Notes: a model not told the origin generated them from the letters alone. DNA of 64,000 nucleotides from Spirochaetia bacterium (GCA_965140585.1 OZ223264.1:640001-704000); one strand, 5' to 3'; positions 30,439 to 40,885 are shown, counted from the first letter of the stretch. A program made the numbers and translations.

Positions 30439-33400
30439 CTACTCTCCAATCGCCAGGGCTTCTATTCTATCACGGTTCCTGTCCGCTGATTTTTTCTCCA
30501 GTTCCCTTGCCGATATTATCAGCATCTGCAGACGGTTCTCGATGTTTGCAAGTGCTGTATCGGGATCATAATCAAGCGCGATGATCTGAATATGAGGAAA
30601 CTTCTTCTTTACAGTCTTAATCATTCCGCGGCCGGTAATGTGGTTCGGCATACATCCGAAGGGCTGAACGTATACAAAGGAGTTGACGCCCTTCTTTGCA
30701 AGCTCTATTACCTCTCCGGGCATCATCCAGCTTTCTCCTCCACGGTATGTCATATCCATCATATCGGAAGTGTTTTCGGCAAGATTCTTCACATCACCAT
30801 ATCCGTCATAAAACTTGAACTTCCGGTAGTATTCATCAACCTTATAGTGAACCGAACCGTACACATAGTCAGTGAGCCCATTGAGGCAGTAATCCATGAA
30901 TGGATTCGAGGTGTGACCGCGTCTGCCTTTCTCTTTCTTGATAACAACACTCTGCCTGAAAAAGTCATGCATGGCGGGGAAGACTGTTTCCATTCCATTG
31001 GCTTCAAGGTAGCGTTCTACATTTGCATTTGATTCAGGGTGGAAGTTCATCAGGATTTCTCCGATAATTCCGACTCTCGGCTTTCTGATAGTCCGGTCGC
31101 ATTCGACATTGTTGAACGCCTCAATAGCCTGTTCAAAGTACTTCAAAGCCTTTTTGCGGTTGCCGCAGATATTTTCGTAGATGAAATCTGTATACAACTC
31201 AAAAAGTTCATCGGATTCACCGGCATTAACCTCGTATGGTCTTATCTTCCGGCGTATCTCCTCAAGAACATCGGTGATAGTTATCGACCAGAGCATATTC
31301 ATCTGGAACTTAAGCGTAAGCTTGAAGCCCGGATGCATATCCTTTGTATCCTTACCTGTAGTCAGTATGGGCACATCGGCATAACCCGCTTCATCAAGAG
31401 CCTTTCTTGCAAGTCCGGCATAATGACCGGCCCGGCAGGCTTCACAGTTCTTCGCAAGGCCAATGGCTACATCTGTTGACTTATAGTTTCCATCCCTGAT
31501 TGTTTTTAACAGTTCGCCTACGTTGATCTGGGCCGGGTAGCAGATATCGTTGTGGACGTATTTCTTCCCAAGCGCAATGGCTTCCCTGTCGGCAAGCATC
31601 GCCGGAACAGCTTTGTAGCCTTCAGCCTCAAGAACCTTGGCTGAATACTTAGCAAAGGCCGGAGACAGGGTCGGGATCAGTACGGTCCTTCGCTTGTCTT
31701 CTTTTTCAAATTTCACCTCAAAGGGTTTGCTGTATTCTTTAAGCTCTACAGGATTGTCTTTTTTAAGCCGCCTGCTTGCTTTTACCGTTTCAATAAATGA
31801 CTTGATTCTGATATTAAGCGGTCCCTGATTTTCGCCCTCATCGAGTTTCAGAACCAGCATCTGCTTGCCTGCTCTCTCATTCAGGATTCGGGCCATCTCG
31901 TCCGAAATAATAGCGTCATGTCCGCATCCGAATGAAACAATCTGAACAAGTTCAAGGTTCGGATGCTCGGCGACAAAGCTTGCAGCAGAGTACATTCTGC
32001 CGTGAAAGGCGATAAGACTGTCGAATCTTACATGATCAAAAGACTGATCATGGATCTCGGCAATGGATTCAAGGTTGAGAACCGGAACTCCCATCTTTTT
32101 GAAGTGGTCAGCTATCCCATGATTCACAAGCAGGTCGTTATGGTAGGGCCGGCCTGCAAGAACAACCGCAAAATCATCCTTGCCTTCAAGGCTTTTAATT
32201 ACCTCACGGCCCTTTCTCTGCATCCTGTCGGAGTAATCTTTCTGAATTGAATGCGCCTCTTCAAGTGCGCTCTTTGTAGTATTAAAATCGATTCCGAAGG
32301 TTATCTTCATGTACTCGCAGATCTGTTTATCCATAAGTTTCCGGGTATCGAAGTGAAAGATGGGATTGTCATACTTGATACCGCTCTTTTCTTCAGGAGT
32401 ATCGCTCTCGTCAACAACCATCGAATAACCCTGTACAACAAGACAGTTGCAGCTGTCCTCGGCTTTTTCATTTTCCTTCGGAATTCTGGTCAGTACCGGG
32501 TTAAAAATCCGGTCAACCTTCCTGCTGATTAGATCCTGAACATGTCCGTGTACCAGCTTTGCTGGAAAACAGACTGTATCAGAAGGTATGGACTGAAGAC
32601 CGCTTTCAAAGAGCTTATACGAACTCGGAGCGGAAACTACAACCTTAAATCCGAGAGAGGTATAGAGGCTTTTCCAGAACGGAAGAGAGTTCCAGAACTC
32701 GAGGGTTCTCGGAATCCCTATGGTGATTCCCTGGGTTACCGCCTTCTGCTCAGGAGCATAATCCATTACCAGAAGCTTGTTCTGAAGTTTGATCAGATCA
32801 GGCACTGCATTAAGTCTGCCGTTGACCTCTTTCAGCCTGTCTTTAACAGACTGTTCCCTGACATCACCGAATACCTCTCCTTTTTCACAGCGGTTTCCGG
32901 TTACATGTCTGCTTCCGTTGTTAAACTCGATTATCGTCCGGTTACAGTTATTTGAACAGAAGCTGCAGACCTGACCGGCCTTCTTTGTAAAACTGAAGGC
33001 GTCAATATTCTCAAGGCCAATGAATGTGCTCTGGTACTTCCTGCCGGTCTTTTCTTCCTGACGGGTTATATACTTTTTTGTAAGCAGGGCAATGCCGATA
33101 GCTCCCATCTCTCCCGGATGCGGCGGCCTTATAACCTGCTTGCCTGTGTACTGCTCAAGGCTTCTAAGAACTGCATCGTTTTTAAAGGTTCCTCCCTGAA
33201 CAACAATACACTCGCCGAGAGATTCAAGGTTTGACATTCTGATAACCTTGGTAAATACGTTCTCAATGATTGAACGGGAAATTCCTGCAAGGATGTCGCC
33301 GGTGCTCTTACCGTTTTTCTGTTCGGTAATAATTGAACTGTTCATAAAAACGGTACACCTTGAGCCGAGCTTTGACGGCCTTCCGGCCTGGAAGGCGATG

Positions 33401-34863
33401 TCAGCTATGTCCTGAACCTTTACGCCAAGGCTCTTCGCATAGGTCTCAATAAAGGAGCCGCAGCCTGCCGAACAGGCCTCGTTTAAAACTATTCCGGTAA
33501 CTACGCCGTCATTGACGTAGATAGCCTTCATGTCCTGTCCGCCGATATCGAGAATGAAGCTTACGTTGGGCGCATACTTCTTTGCCGCCTCCGCGTGTGC
33601 TACGGTTTCTACAGTGTGGTAGTCTCCCTTGAAGGCTTTGTTGAAAAGCAGCTCGCCGTAACCGGTGCTTCCCATTCCCCTGATCTCAAGCGCAACGCCC
33701 ATGCCGATGTATTTTTCATGCATCTGTGTAAGAGCTTCCTTGATAATTGTGAGGGGATCCCCCTGGTTATTGGCGTAGAAGATGTCGACAATTTCCTCAT
33801 CCTCGGTCATGAGGATGAATTTACTTGTAGTAGAACCGGCATCCATTCCAATGTATACCGGAAGTATTGTGCCGGGCTCCCATGTCTCTGGAGTAAAATC
33901 AGGAAGCCTTCGTTCCTCTCTGAACAGGTTCATCTCATCGGTGTCGTAGAAGAAAGGCAGTTCCTTGTCCTGTTCAAGTATGCTTGTTGCCTGCCTGTAA
34001 AGGATTTTCTCAAGGTTGACGCCGTTTTTATAAAGGTCTTCCTTACCGCTGAACATGGCTTCAATAGAAAGGGCTGCACCCACAGCAACAATAATTTCCG
34101 GGTTGTCGGGAATTATTATATCTGTATCGCTGAGGTTAAGACGTTCCTTGAAAACTTCAATAAGCCGCGGGTTGAATGTAAGCGGACCGCCTTCAAAGAT
34201 TACCTTCGGTCTAATCTCCATGCCCTGGGCCAGGCCGCCTATAGTCTGCTTTGCAATAGCATGAAATGAGGAAAGTGCAATATCTTCTTTTGAAACGCCC
34301 TGGTTCAAAAGCGGCTGAATATCAGTCTTTGCGAATACACCGCATCGGCCGGAAATGGAATAAACCTCGGTGCCGGCGGCAGCAAGTGCCCCGAATTGTT
34401 CGGGTGTTACATGCAGAAGCTCGGCCACCTGATCAATAAATGCACCAGTACCTCCCGCACAGCTTCCGTTCATTCTCATGTCATGAACGACAAGGCTGTC
34501 GCTTTCTTCATCATGCCTGAAAAATATAACCTTGGCATCCTGACCCCCAAGCTCAATTGCAACCCTTACATCATCATAAAAAGTTCTGATCGCTATTGAA
34601 TTAGCCACAACTTCCTGTATGAAGAATGCCTGAAGTGATTCGGCAATGCTTTGGCCGCCGCTTCCGCAGACTGCAAGACTTATATTTCTGTCTGAAAATT
34701 TTTCATGAACTTCTGTCAGTATTGAGTAGACAGTCGATGCCTGATCCGCATTATGTCTCTGATATCTTGAGAAAACTACTTCTTTGGTTTCCGGTTCCAT
34801 TACGGCAATCTTTACCGTGGTTGATCCGACGTCAATTCCCGCGAGCAGGGTTTTGTTATTCAT
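30439..34863 (-). CDS. Fused activase/reductase (2x BadF/BadG/BcrA/BcrD ATPase + DUF2229 + HgdB-like); PlsAR plasmalogen synthase / Ger-like
   Basis: GIDVGSTT..ELGGQDAK..MNGSCAGGTG..CGVFAKTD; second GMDAGSTT..DIGGQDMK..NEACSAGCGSF..CTVFMNS; TVCFPAKLVHG; LAGRPYH; SFGCGHD; NDICYPA; QPFGCMPNH. Confidence 0.8.
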   Translation of the reverse strand: MNNKTLLAGIDVGSTTVKIAVMEPETKEVVFSRYQRHNADQASTVYSILTEVHEKFSDRNISLAVCGSGGQSIAESLQAFFIQEVVANSIAIRTFYDDVRVAIELGGQDAKVIFFRHDEESDSLVVHDMRMNGSCAGGTGAFIDQVAELLHVTPEQFGALAAAGTEVYSISGRCGVFAKTDIQPLLNQGVSKEDIALSSFHAIAKQTIGGLAQGMEIRPKVIFEGGPLTFNPRLIEVFKERLNLSDTDIIIPDNPEIIVAVGAALSIEAMFSGKEDLYKNGVNLEKILYRQATSILEQDKELPFFYDTDEMNLFREERRLPDFTPETWEPGTILPVYIGMDAGSTTSKFILMTEDEEIVDIFYANNQGDPLTIIKEALTQMHEKYIGMGVALEIRGMGSTGYGELLFNKAFKGDYHTVETVAHAEAAKKYAPNVSFILDIGGQDMKAIYVNDGVVTGIVLNEACSAGCGSFIETYAKSLGVKVQDIADIAFQAGRPSKLGSRCTVFMNSSIITEQKNGKSTGDILAGISRSIIENVFTKVIRMSNLESLGECIVVQGGTFKNDAVLRSLEQYTGKQVIRPPHPGEMGAIGIALLTKKYITRQEEKTGRKYQSTFIGLENIDAFSFTKKAGQVCSFCSNNCNRTIIEFNNGSRHVTGNRCEKGEVFGDVREQSVKDRLKEVNGRLNAVPDLIKLQNKLLVMDYAPEQKAVTQGITIGIPRTLEFWNSLPFWKSLYTSLGFKVVVSAPSSYKLFESGLQSIPSDTVCFPAKLVHGHVQDLISRKVDRIFNPVLTRIPKENEKAEDSCNCLVVQGYSMVVDESDTPEEKSGIKYDNPIFHFDTRKLMDKQICEYMKITFGIDFNTTKSALEEAHSIQKDYSDRMQRKGREVIKSLEGKDDFAVVLAGRPYHNDLLVNHGIADHFKKMGVPVLNLESIAEIHDQSFDHVRFDSLIAFHGRMYSAASFVAEHPNLELVQIVSFGCGHDAIISDEMARILNERAGKQMLVLKLDEGENQGPLNIRIKSFIETVKASRRLKKDNPVELKEYSKPFEVKFEKEDKRRTVLIPTLSPAFAKYSAKVLEAEGYKAVPAMLADREAIALGKKYVHNDICYPAQINVGELLKTIRDGNYKSTDVAIGLAKNCEACRAGHYAGLARKALDEAGYADVPILTTGKDTKDMHPGFKLTLKFQMNMLWSITITDVLEEIRRKIRPYEVNAGESDELFELYTDFIYENICGNRKKALKYFEQAIEAFNNVECDRTIRKPRVGIIGEILMNFHPESNANVERYLEANGMETVFPAMHDFFRQSVVIKKEKGRRGHTSNPFMDYCLNGLTDYVYGSVHYKVDEYYRKFKFYDGYGDVKNLAENTSDMMDMTYRGGESWMMPGEVIELAKKGVNSFVYVQPFGCMPNHITGRGMIKTVKKKFPHIQIIALDYDPDTALANIENRLQMLIISARELEKKSADRNRDRIEALAIGE

Positions 34864-34879
34864 ATTGACTCCAGTTTAA

Positions 34880-35515
34880 TTATGCTGTAAAGCCTTTCGT
34901 ATTGCTTTTATATAGCTTCAGACCCATCTCGTAGGCCTGATCTACCAGTTTGTTGTGGAATGATTCTATTTCGTGTTCATCCATCAACATATTGTCATCT
35001 ATAAGCGGCTTGACTATGCTGTAAAAATAGATTGGTGCTATCACCATAAATATATCGAAGATCATCTCTGTTACATCCAGTTCCAGCAGATCCGGTAAGG
35101 CTGAGTCTGTGAAAAAGGAATTGAAAATGATCATAAAATTCTTTACCAGTTCAGCTGTTACAAAGGCGGTATTGTTTTTGCCTGTAACCAGCTCCCTTGT
35201 AATTATCGTAAGAATCGAGGGTGATTCAATGAGAGAAGAGAGGAGCAGCTCCGAAAATCGTCTTATACGCTTTTTAACATCCTTCTCATCCTGTACAGAG
35301 GCAACAAAGTTGTTGCTGAACTCACCTATTCTGTGGTTTATAACTTCACGGTAGAGTCCTTCCTTGCCGCCGAAGTAGTATCCAATCAGTGAAATATTGA
35401 CATCGGCTTTTTTAGCCAGCTGTCTGACCGATGTTCCCTCATATCCGTTCTCCGAAAACAGCTCATAGGCTGTATCCAGTATTTTTTTCTTGGTTGATAA
35501 ATTAATAATACTCAT
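34880..35515 (-). CDS. TetR/AcrR-family regulator
   Basis: LFSENGYEGTSVRQLAKKADVNISLIGYYFGGKEGLY; 16 nt from the downstream PlsAR-like gene. Confidence 0.9.
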   Translation of the reverse strand: MSIINLSTKKKILDTAYELFSENGYEGTSVRQLAKKADVNISLIGYYFGGKEGLYREVINHRIGEFSNNFVASVQDEKDVKKRIRRFSELLLSSLIESPSILTIITRELVTGKNNTAFVTAELVKNFMIIFNSFFTDSALPDLLELDVTEMIFDIFMVIAPIYFYSIVKPLIDDNMLMDEHEIESFHNKLVDQAYEMGLKLYKSNTKGFTA

Positions 35516-35517
35516 AA

Positions 35518-35550
35518 TTAAACGTCCGTTTAAATCAAACGTATGTTTAA
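35518..35550. promoter_or_regulatory. Tandem TetR operator palindromes
   Basis: TTAAACG-tc-CGTTTAA (35518-35533) and TCAAAC-gtat-GTTTAA (35535-35550) directly upstream of the tetR start codon. Confidence 0.7.
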
Positions 35551-35684
35551 ATTATCATTCTTTCATAGAGAATTCCATATGCTAAGTGATATTTATTACA
35601 AAAATTGTATGAATTTTACGTTAAAACGGATATAAGAAGTGTTGGCAGGACCGGATCGGTTTGTAAAACATTGAATTCTGCCAT

Positions 35685-35721
35685 AAAAAAGAGCTGGCTA
35701 AGAATAATTCTTAGTCAGCTC
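35685..35721 (-). terminator. Rho-independent terminator of the second PlsAR-like gene
   Basis: GAGCTGGCTAAGAA-taa-TTCTTAGTCAGCTC preceded by A6. Confidence 0.75.
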
Positions 35722-35745
35722 CCTGTATATTAAAAAGAAATAAGC

Positions 35746-38700
35746 TTATTTCTGGTTAACAAGTTCTTTTTCTTCAGAGTCGGAACCCATCATGCCTGCA
35801 AGGCCTGAGCTGTAGACAGTATCGCTGTCATCAACAAGGTCTTTGATGTCCATATCATGCTTGAATCTAAGAACGTTCAGCATGAAGATGTTAAGCTGGT
35901 TGAGAATGTTCGGTGGAAGCATGTTTCCGTCGACCTCTACCGACATTGTCGGGAAGTTTCTCTCACGTGCCCATGGAGTATAGATTCCCTGAATTACACG
36001 TCCGATAAGACATGCAAAGGGTGAAATGTTTACAACACCCGAGTAGCCTTCTTCCATGGCAGTTGCCGCGGAACCTGAAGAAACTGCAATTTCAGAGTTG
36101 AGCTCAAGGTTAACGAACTCTTCCTCTACAGTCTTCATGATTCTGTTCATGTCATGCGGAGCTGAGGGGACAAGGTTATTCACATTAAGAGCATGCTTTG
36201 CCTTGTGTTCCATCGATGCCTTCCATTTCTTTTCAATCTGGTAGTAAACCCAGGTTCTGAATTCCTTTGTGAACGGTCTGAAAAGGAAGGGCTTAAGCTT
36301 GATTCTCTTCTTGATGTCATAGTCACGGACGAAGTCGGTATAGTGAATCCATTCCGCAATACTTGATACCTTGGCAATTATTCCCTTTCGGGCAAAGTTT
36401 TCAATAAGCTCGTCAACAGCAAAGTCATCACGTCGAACAAAGATTTCACCAACTACAAGTACCTTCGGGCATTCAAGCGGATTCTTCTTAAGCGGGATAG
36501 TTGCCATTTCCTTACCCATTACTTCAAGGGCAGGGTAGAGTGATTTAAGATCCTCACCTACAGACTTAACCACCTTCTTCCATGATTTCTTGTATTCAAC
36601 CATGGCTGCTGCAGGGTCTTCGGCACAGGCTCGAAGGGTTGTCTGTACGTCCTTAAGGTAGTCTGAAGCTGTGATTGCCTTCCATGCATACTGAGAGAAG
36701 CCGGGGCCGAGCTCGTTGTATGAGTTGTCTGCACTAAGTGTAAATACAACTACGTTGTCAATCTTCAGGTCTCTGAAGAGGTTTTCATAGAAAACATAGT
36801 ACTGACCGGTTCGGCATGGGCCTGTTGTGATCGGTACGAACAGCGCGTAAATCTTGTCCTTTCTGAACTCTTTGGATGCCATGAACTTGAGTGCGCCGCC
36901 GAGAACCAGCTGGGATGGAACACATTCCTTACCCGAGCAGTAGTTTCTTGCGTATTCGAGTGTCTTGGCATCGGCAACAGGCATTGACTTGGCGTTGAAT
37001 CCCTGTGCTGTGAGCGCAGTTGCTACCAGCTCGGATGCAATCTCACCCATGTTTGAAACAATCAGTTCAACTCGGTCGCTGTTTATGACCGGGAACTTCT
37101 CGCCGCTGTGGATGTTTTCAATATAAAGGCTGTCTTCGTTTCTGAAGCGCAGTCCGTTGTCGTATCTTTCCTGCTCAACATCTTCAAACTTGCTTCTGTA
37201 TCCTTCAATAATATCAAGGAAGGCTTCAACACGGGTGTCGACACCGGCGTCTGCTGAGTGTGAATCAAGCTCAAGAACGAGGAATGGCTTTCTTCCCATG
37301 ATCCACTTAAGGTAGTGGAGCATGAAGGAGTCAGGCGCACATGAGAAGTTTGAAATCCATGCGGCATAGATGTTGTCTTCCTGCTTGATGAGTCTTGCCG
37401 ACTTCATGTCCTGCTGACCGTAGTACCAGTACATGTTGTCGTATATTTCTTCATTCTCGTACGGCAGAATGTCGAACGGAATAACTGTAAAGTTCTTTGA
37501 TGTAAACTTCTTGGGGATACCCATGTTTGCTTCACGTGTGAAGGCGTTATAAGGACGTCCGAGAAGTGCAATAACAGGCTTGTCGCTGTTTCTTGCAAAC
37601 TCAAGAGCCTCAAGGCCCAGTTCTTTAAGCTTGAGCAGGAAGGCTTCCTGTTTCTGAACAGCAACGTTGAATGCTTTTTTGATTTCACCTTCGCTGATAT
37701 CAAGCTGCTTGCCGAACTTCTGAAACAGTTCAAGAGCCTTGTCTTTTCCGAACTTGAAGGAAACAACAAGCTCAAGAATCTTGTTCTCGGCAACATCCGG
37801 GAAAGCTTTCTTGATATAGTACGGAAGACCCTGTGTAATAGGACAGAAGTTAGCATGGACATCGGTTTCATAGCTGGTCATATCCCTGAAGTGAGGCAGG
37901 AAGATGTAGTCACAGCCCTTGTTGATGATGTCCTGAACCGCTCCGTGAGCAATTTCAGCCGGAAAGCAGTAAGTACTTTCCGCTCTTGCAATACCCTCAT
38001 GTGCAATTTCATCCGAAAGCACGGTTTTAATTCCCAGTGTATGGAAGAACCATGAGTAAAGCGGGTAGAGCGAATGAACCGAGAAGGCCCTTGGAATACC
38101 CACTGTGTAATCTCTTTTCTGTACGAAGGTTTCAGGATCAGCGGCGCACTCAACAAAGTTAAGGTCTGAACGTCTCTGCACAAAGTCTACAGTCTCGGTG
38201 CTTGCTTCAATCTTCTTTCTGCTGTTTGTGTATTTTGAACAGCGTCCGCCGAACATATACTTGTGGCCGTTAACCTGAAGCACCTGGATCGGACAGTCAT
38301 TGTCACATGCCTTGCATCTGAACTGCTTTTCGTAGACAATTTCTGTCTCGAGTATTGCATCGAGATCGAATTCTGATTTTTCAAGAAGTCCCTCGGCAAG
38401 TTTCTGCTTTGCAAGAAGACCTACACCGAAACATCCCATAAGTTCAGGTGACGGGGGAACGAGAATCTCTTTTCCTACCATCATTGCGAATGCCAGCGGA
38501 ATTGCCTTGTTCTTAGCAACACCGCCCTGGAGGAAGATTTTGTTTCCTATTGTTCTGTTTCCCACTACACGGTTCAGGTAGTTGGAAACAATTGAGGTAA
38601 CAATACCCGCTGTAATATCTTCACGAAGGGCTCCCTGCTGGATAGCCTTTCTGATATCGGAATTGATAAATGCAGAACAGTGCTCGCCGAACTTCAGCGG

Positions 38701-40083
38701 TCTTTCAGCCTTTATAGCAATATCGCCGATGTCGGCAGCGCTTCTGATGTTGAGGTCTCCTGATGCTGATTCTTCAAGGAAGGAGCCTGTTCCTGCAGAA
38801 CAAGCCTCGTTCATAGCGTAATCGATAGGGACCTTATGATTGAGAAGTACGTATTTTGCATCCTGCCCGCCGATTTCGAAGATTGTATCTACATCTTCGG
38901 CAAAGAAGGTTGTTCCGTATGCATGAGCAATAATCTCGTTGTAAACACCTGATGTTTCAAGAAAAACACCGAGAATCTCTCGTGAAGAACCGGTTGTTGA
39001 TGCAAGACTGATTTTTATCTTCTCATCACCGATATCTTCCTTAATCTTTTTCTGAAGCTCGATTATACAGCCCTTGAGAGCCTTAACAGGGTCTCCATGG
39101 GTTCGTCCGTAATGCTGGGCAACAATCTGATCGGTTTCAATATCGATAAGACAGGCCTTGGTTGTTGTTGAACCGCCGTCTACACCGAGGATATATTCCT
39201 TGCCGGCTTCAACCTTTCCAACTTCAGCTTCGAAGTATGTTACCTTGTCCATAACACTTGAAAGCTTGTCATAGCGGGGGAATTTGATAACATTGTCTTT
39301 CAGCAGCTTTTCAACAGCCGGCATAGGAGAACCGTTCTCTTCTGCAAGAAGAGCTGCACCGTAGGCTTCAAAGTAGGGAGCTTCTTCGGGTACGATAAAC
39401 TCGATTCCCGGAGCCTTTTCCTTGATGAAGCTTACAATAAACTTGTTAAGTGTGATTCCGCCTGCAAGAAGAACCTTTCCGTCCTTAATCTTTGCTCTGT
39501 TGAGGAAGTCGATTACCTTGGTCGCCATTACATCGCTTAGTGAAAGAACGATGTCGTCCTTTGTTGCTTCTCTCTTGTTAAGCCTGTGTGTACAGTCACT
39601 CTTCATAAAAACTGAACATCTTGATGACAGCGAAAGAACCTTTGCATTCTCGTCGACATTCTCTACATCAGAGAGAACCATATCCATACGGCCAAGCTGC
39701 TGCTTGAAGAACTCACCGGTTCCTGAAGCACATTTACTTCCTGTGAAGTTGTTCTGAATCTTGTTATTCTCATCTATTGTATAGACAGTCAGATCTTCAC
39801 CGCCCATGCTGACCACGGCATTTACCTTGTGACCAATCTGGTTCAGAGCGCTTTCAATACATACAGTCTCAATTGTACTCTTGATATTGAAAAGGTAGCG
39901 GCCTTCAGTTCCTGTAACCAGGGCTGTTGCATCGGATGCAATGTCTCTGCCGCTGAGTGATTTAGTAAGTGTGGAGACAAAATCTCCTTCATGAGGAAGA
40001 ACACTTGTCCAGCTGATATTGCCGTCTTCAAGCATAACAATCTTCAGGCTTGAAGAGCCAATGTTAATTCCTATGTTCTGCAT
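35746..40083 (-). CDS. Second, divergent fused activase/reductase (PlsAR/Ger-like)
   Basis: GINIGSSS..SMGGED..KCASGTGEFF..CSVFMKSD; GVDGGSTT..EIGGQDAK..NEACSAGTGSF..CSAFINSD; YCFPAEIAHG; LGRPYN; NFSCAPD; KECVP; GPCRTGQY; SPFACL. Confidence 0.8.
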   Translation of the reverse strand: MQNIGINIGSSSLKIVMLEDGNISWTSVLPHEGDFVSTLTKSLSGRDIASDATALVTGTEGRYLFNIKSTIETVCIESALNQIGHKVNAVVSMGGEDLTVYTIDENNKIQNNFTGSKCASGTGEFFKQQLGRMDMVLSDVENVDENAKVLSLSSRCSVFMKSDCTHRLNKREATKDDIVLSLSDVMATKVIDFLNRAKIKDGKVLLAGGITLNKFIVSFIKEKAPGIEFIVPEEAPYFEAYGAALLAEENGSPMPAVEKLLKDNVIKFPRYDKLSSVMDKVTYFEAEVGKVEAGKEYILGVDGGSTTTKACLIDIETDQIVAQHYGRTHGDPVKALKGCIIELQKKIKEDIGDEKIKISLASTTGSSREILGVFLETSGVYNEIIAHAYGTTFFAEDVDTIFEIGGQDAKYVLLNHKVPIDYAMNEACSAGTGSFLEESASGDLNIRSAADIGDIAIKAERPLKFGEHCSAFINSDIRKAIQQGALREDITAGIVTSIVSNYLNRVVGNRTIGNKIFLQGGVAKNKAIPLAFAMMVGKEILVPPSPELMGCFGVGLLAKQKLAEGLLEKSEFDLDAILETEIVYEKQFRCKACDNDCPIQVLQVNGHKYMFGGRCSKYTNSRKKIEASTETVDFVQRRSDLNFVECAADPETFVQKRDYTVGIPRAFSVHSLYPLYSWFFHTLGIKTVLSDEIAHEGIARAESTYCFPAEIAHGAVQDIINKGCDYIFLPHFRDMTSYETDVHANFCPITQGLPYYIKKAFPDVAENKILELVVSFKFGKDKALELFQKFGKQLDISEGEIKKAFNVAVQKQEAFLLKLKELGLEALEFARNSDKPVIALLGRPYNAFTREANMGIPKKFTSKNFTVIPFDILPYENEEIYDNMYWYYGQQDMKSARLIKQEDNIYAAWISNFSCAPDSFMLHYLKWIMGRKPFLVLELDSHSADAGVDTRVEAFLDIIEGYRSKFEDVEQERYDNGLRFRNEDSLYIENIHSGEKFPVINSDRVELIVSNMGEIASELVATALTAQGFNAKSMPVADAKTLEYARNYCSGKECVPSQLVLGGALKFMASKEFRKDKIYALFVPITTGPCRTGQYYVFYENLFRDLKIDNVVVFTLSADNSYNELGPGFSQYAWKAITASDYLKDVQTTLRACAEDPAAAMVEYKKSWKKVVKSVGEDLKSLYPALEVMGKEMATIPLKKNPLECPKVLVVGEIFVRRDDFAVDELIENFARKGIIAKVSSIAEWIHYTDFVRDYDIKKRIKLKPFLFRPFTKEFRTWVYYQIEKKWKASMEHKAKHALNVNNLVPSAPHDMNRIMKTVEEEFVNLELNSEIAVSSGSAATAMEEGYSGVVNISPFACLIGRVIQGIYTPWARERNFPTMSVEVDGNMLPPNILNQLNIFMLNVLRFKHDMDIKDLVDDSDTVYSSGLAGMMGSDSEEKELVNQK

Positions 40084-40215
40084 AAAAACACCTTTATATA
40101 AATAAAATCTAATATATTTGATCTCAATGTTTTCTACTGTATATGAGTTCTAAAAAACTATCATTAATGAGAAGTTGTGTCATTATCAGTCGCCGACCGT
40201 TAGATGAGATTGAGA

Positions 40216-40854
40216 TTAATTATCTCTTATTAAAGGACTGGTATATCCGAAATTCGCAAGTTTTCGGCATATTGTATCTGCCTGAACCCTGGTTTCTGTG
40301 TTTATTATTACTCTGTACATACCGCTGCTGCTTAATTCTATTGCAGGATTAAACCCATAGCCGTAGAGCTTTTTCAGTGTATTTTCGGCGTTGTCGAGCT
40401 TTGAGAATGACGCTATCTGTACTATAAAACCGCTGTCGGCTTCGGCTTGGGACTGGGCTGCTGATATTTCTGCCTTTCCATCGTCATTTCCGCCCGGGCT
40501 GCTGATTATCTCAAGCCTGACGGTAGCAACGCCCCGTGTTGTCATATCTATAGCGTCCGCCGCGGCTTTCGACAGGTCAATTATTCTGCCCTCAACAAAT
40601 GGCCCCCGGTCGTTTATTCTCACCTCTACACTCTTGTTGTTATGGAGGTTAGTTACTTTAACTATTGTCCCGAACGGCAGGGTTTTATGCGCTGCGGTCA
40701 GCTTGTAAGTATCAAAAATCTCTCCGTTGGCTGTCTGCCGTCCCTGAAATTTGCCTCCGTACCAGGAAGCCTGCCCTGTTTCAGCAGCTGAAATCGTGCC
40801 TGTAAAAAAGAGAAATATTGTTAAAATACAGATGAAAAATGCCGGTCTGTTCAT
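40216..40854 (-). CDS. rlpA: Septal ring lytic transglycosylase RlpA with C-terminal SPOR domain
   Basis: [38 protein letters not shown]; VQIASF SPOR. Confidence 0.9.
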   Translation of the reverse strand: MNRPAFFICILTIFLFFTGTISAAETGQASWYGGKFQGRQTANGEIFDTYKLTAAHKTLPFGTIVKVTNLHNNKSVEVRINDRGPFVEGRIIDLSKAAADAIDMTTRGVATVRLEIISSPGGNDDGKAEISAAQSQAEADSGFIVQIASFSKLDNAENTLKKLYGYGFNPAIELSSSGMYRVIINTETRVQADTICRKLANFGYTSPLIRDN

Positions 40855-40885
40855 GGATCAATTATCGGCAGAGGGCGGCTGTGGA

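Noticed and set aside
30592-39757. Many long antisense and alternate-frame ORFs over the PlsAR-like genes (also over hndCD and the ABC genes)
   Set aside because: No motifs or RBS; expected shadows of codon-biased genes
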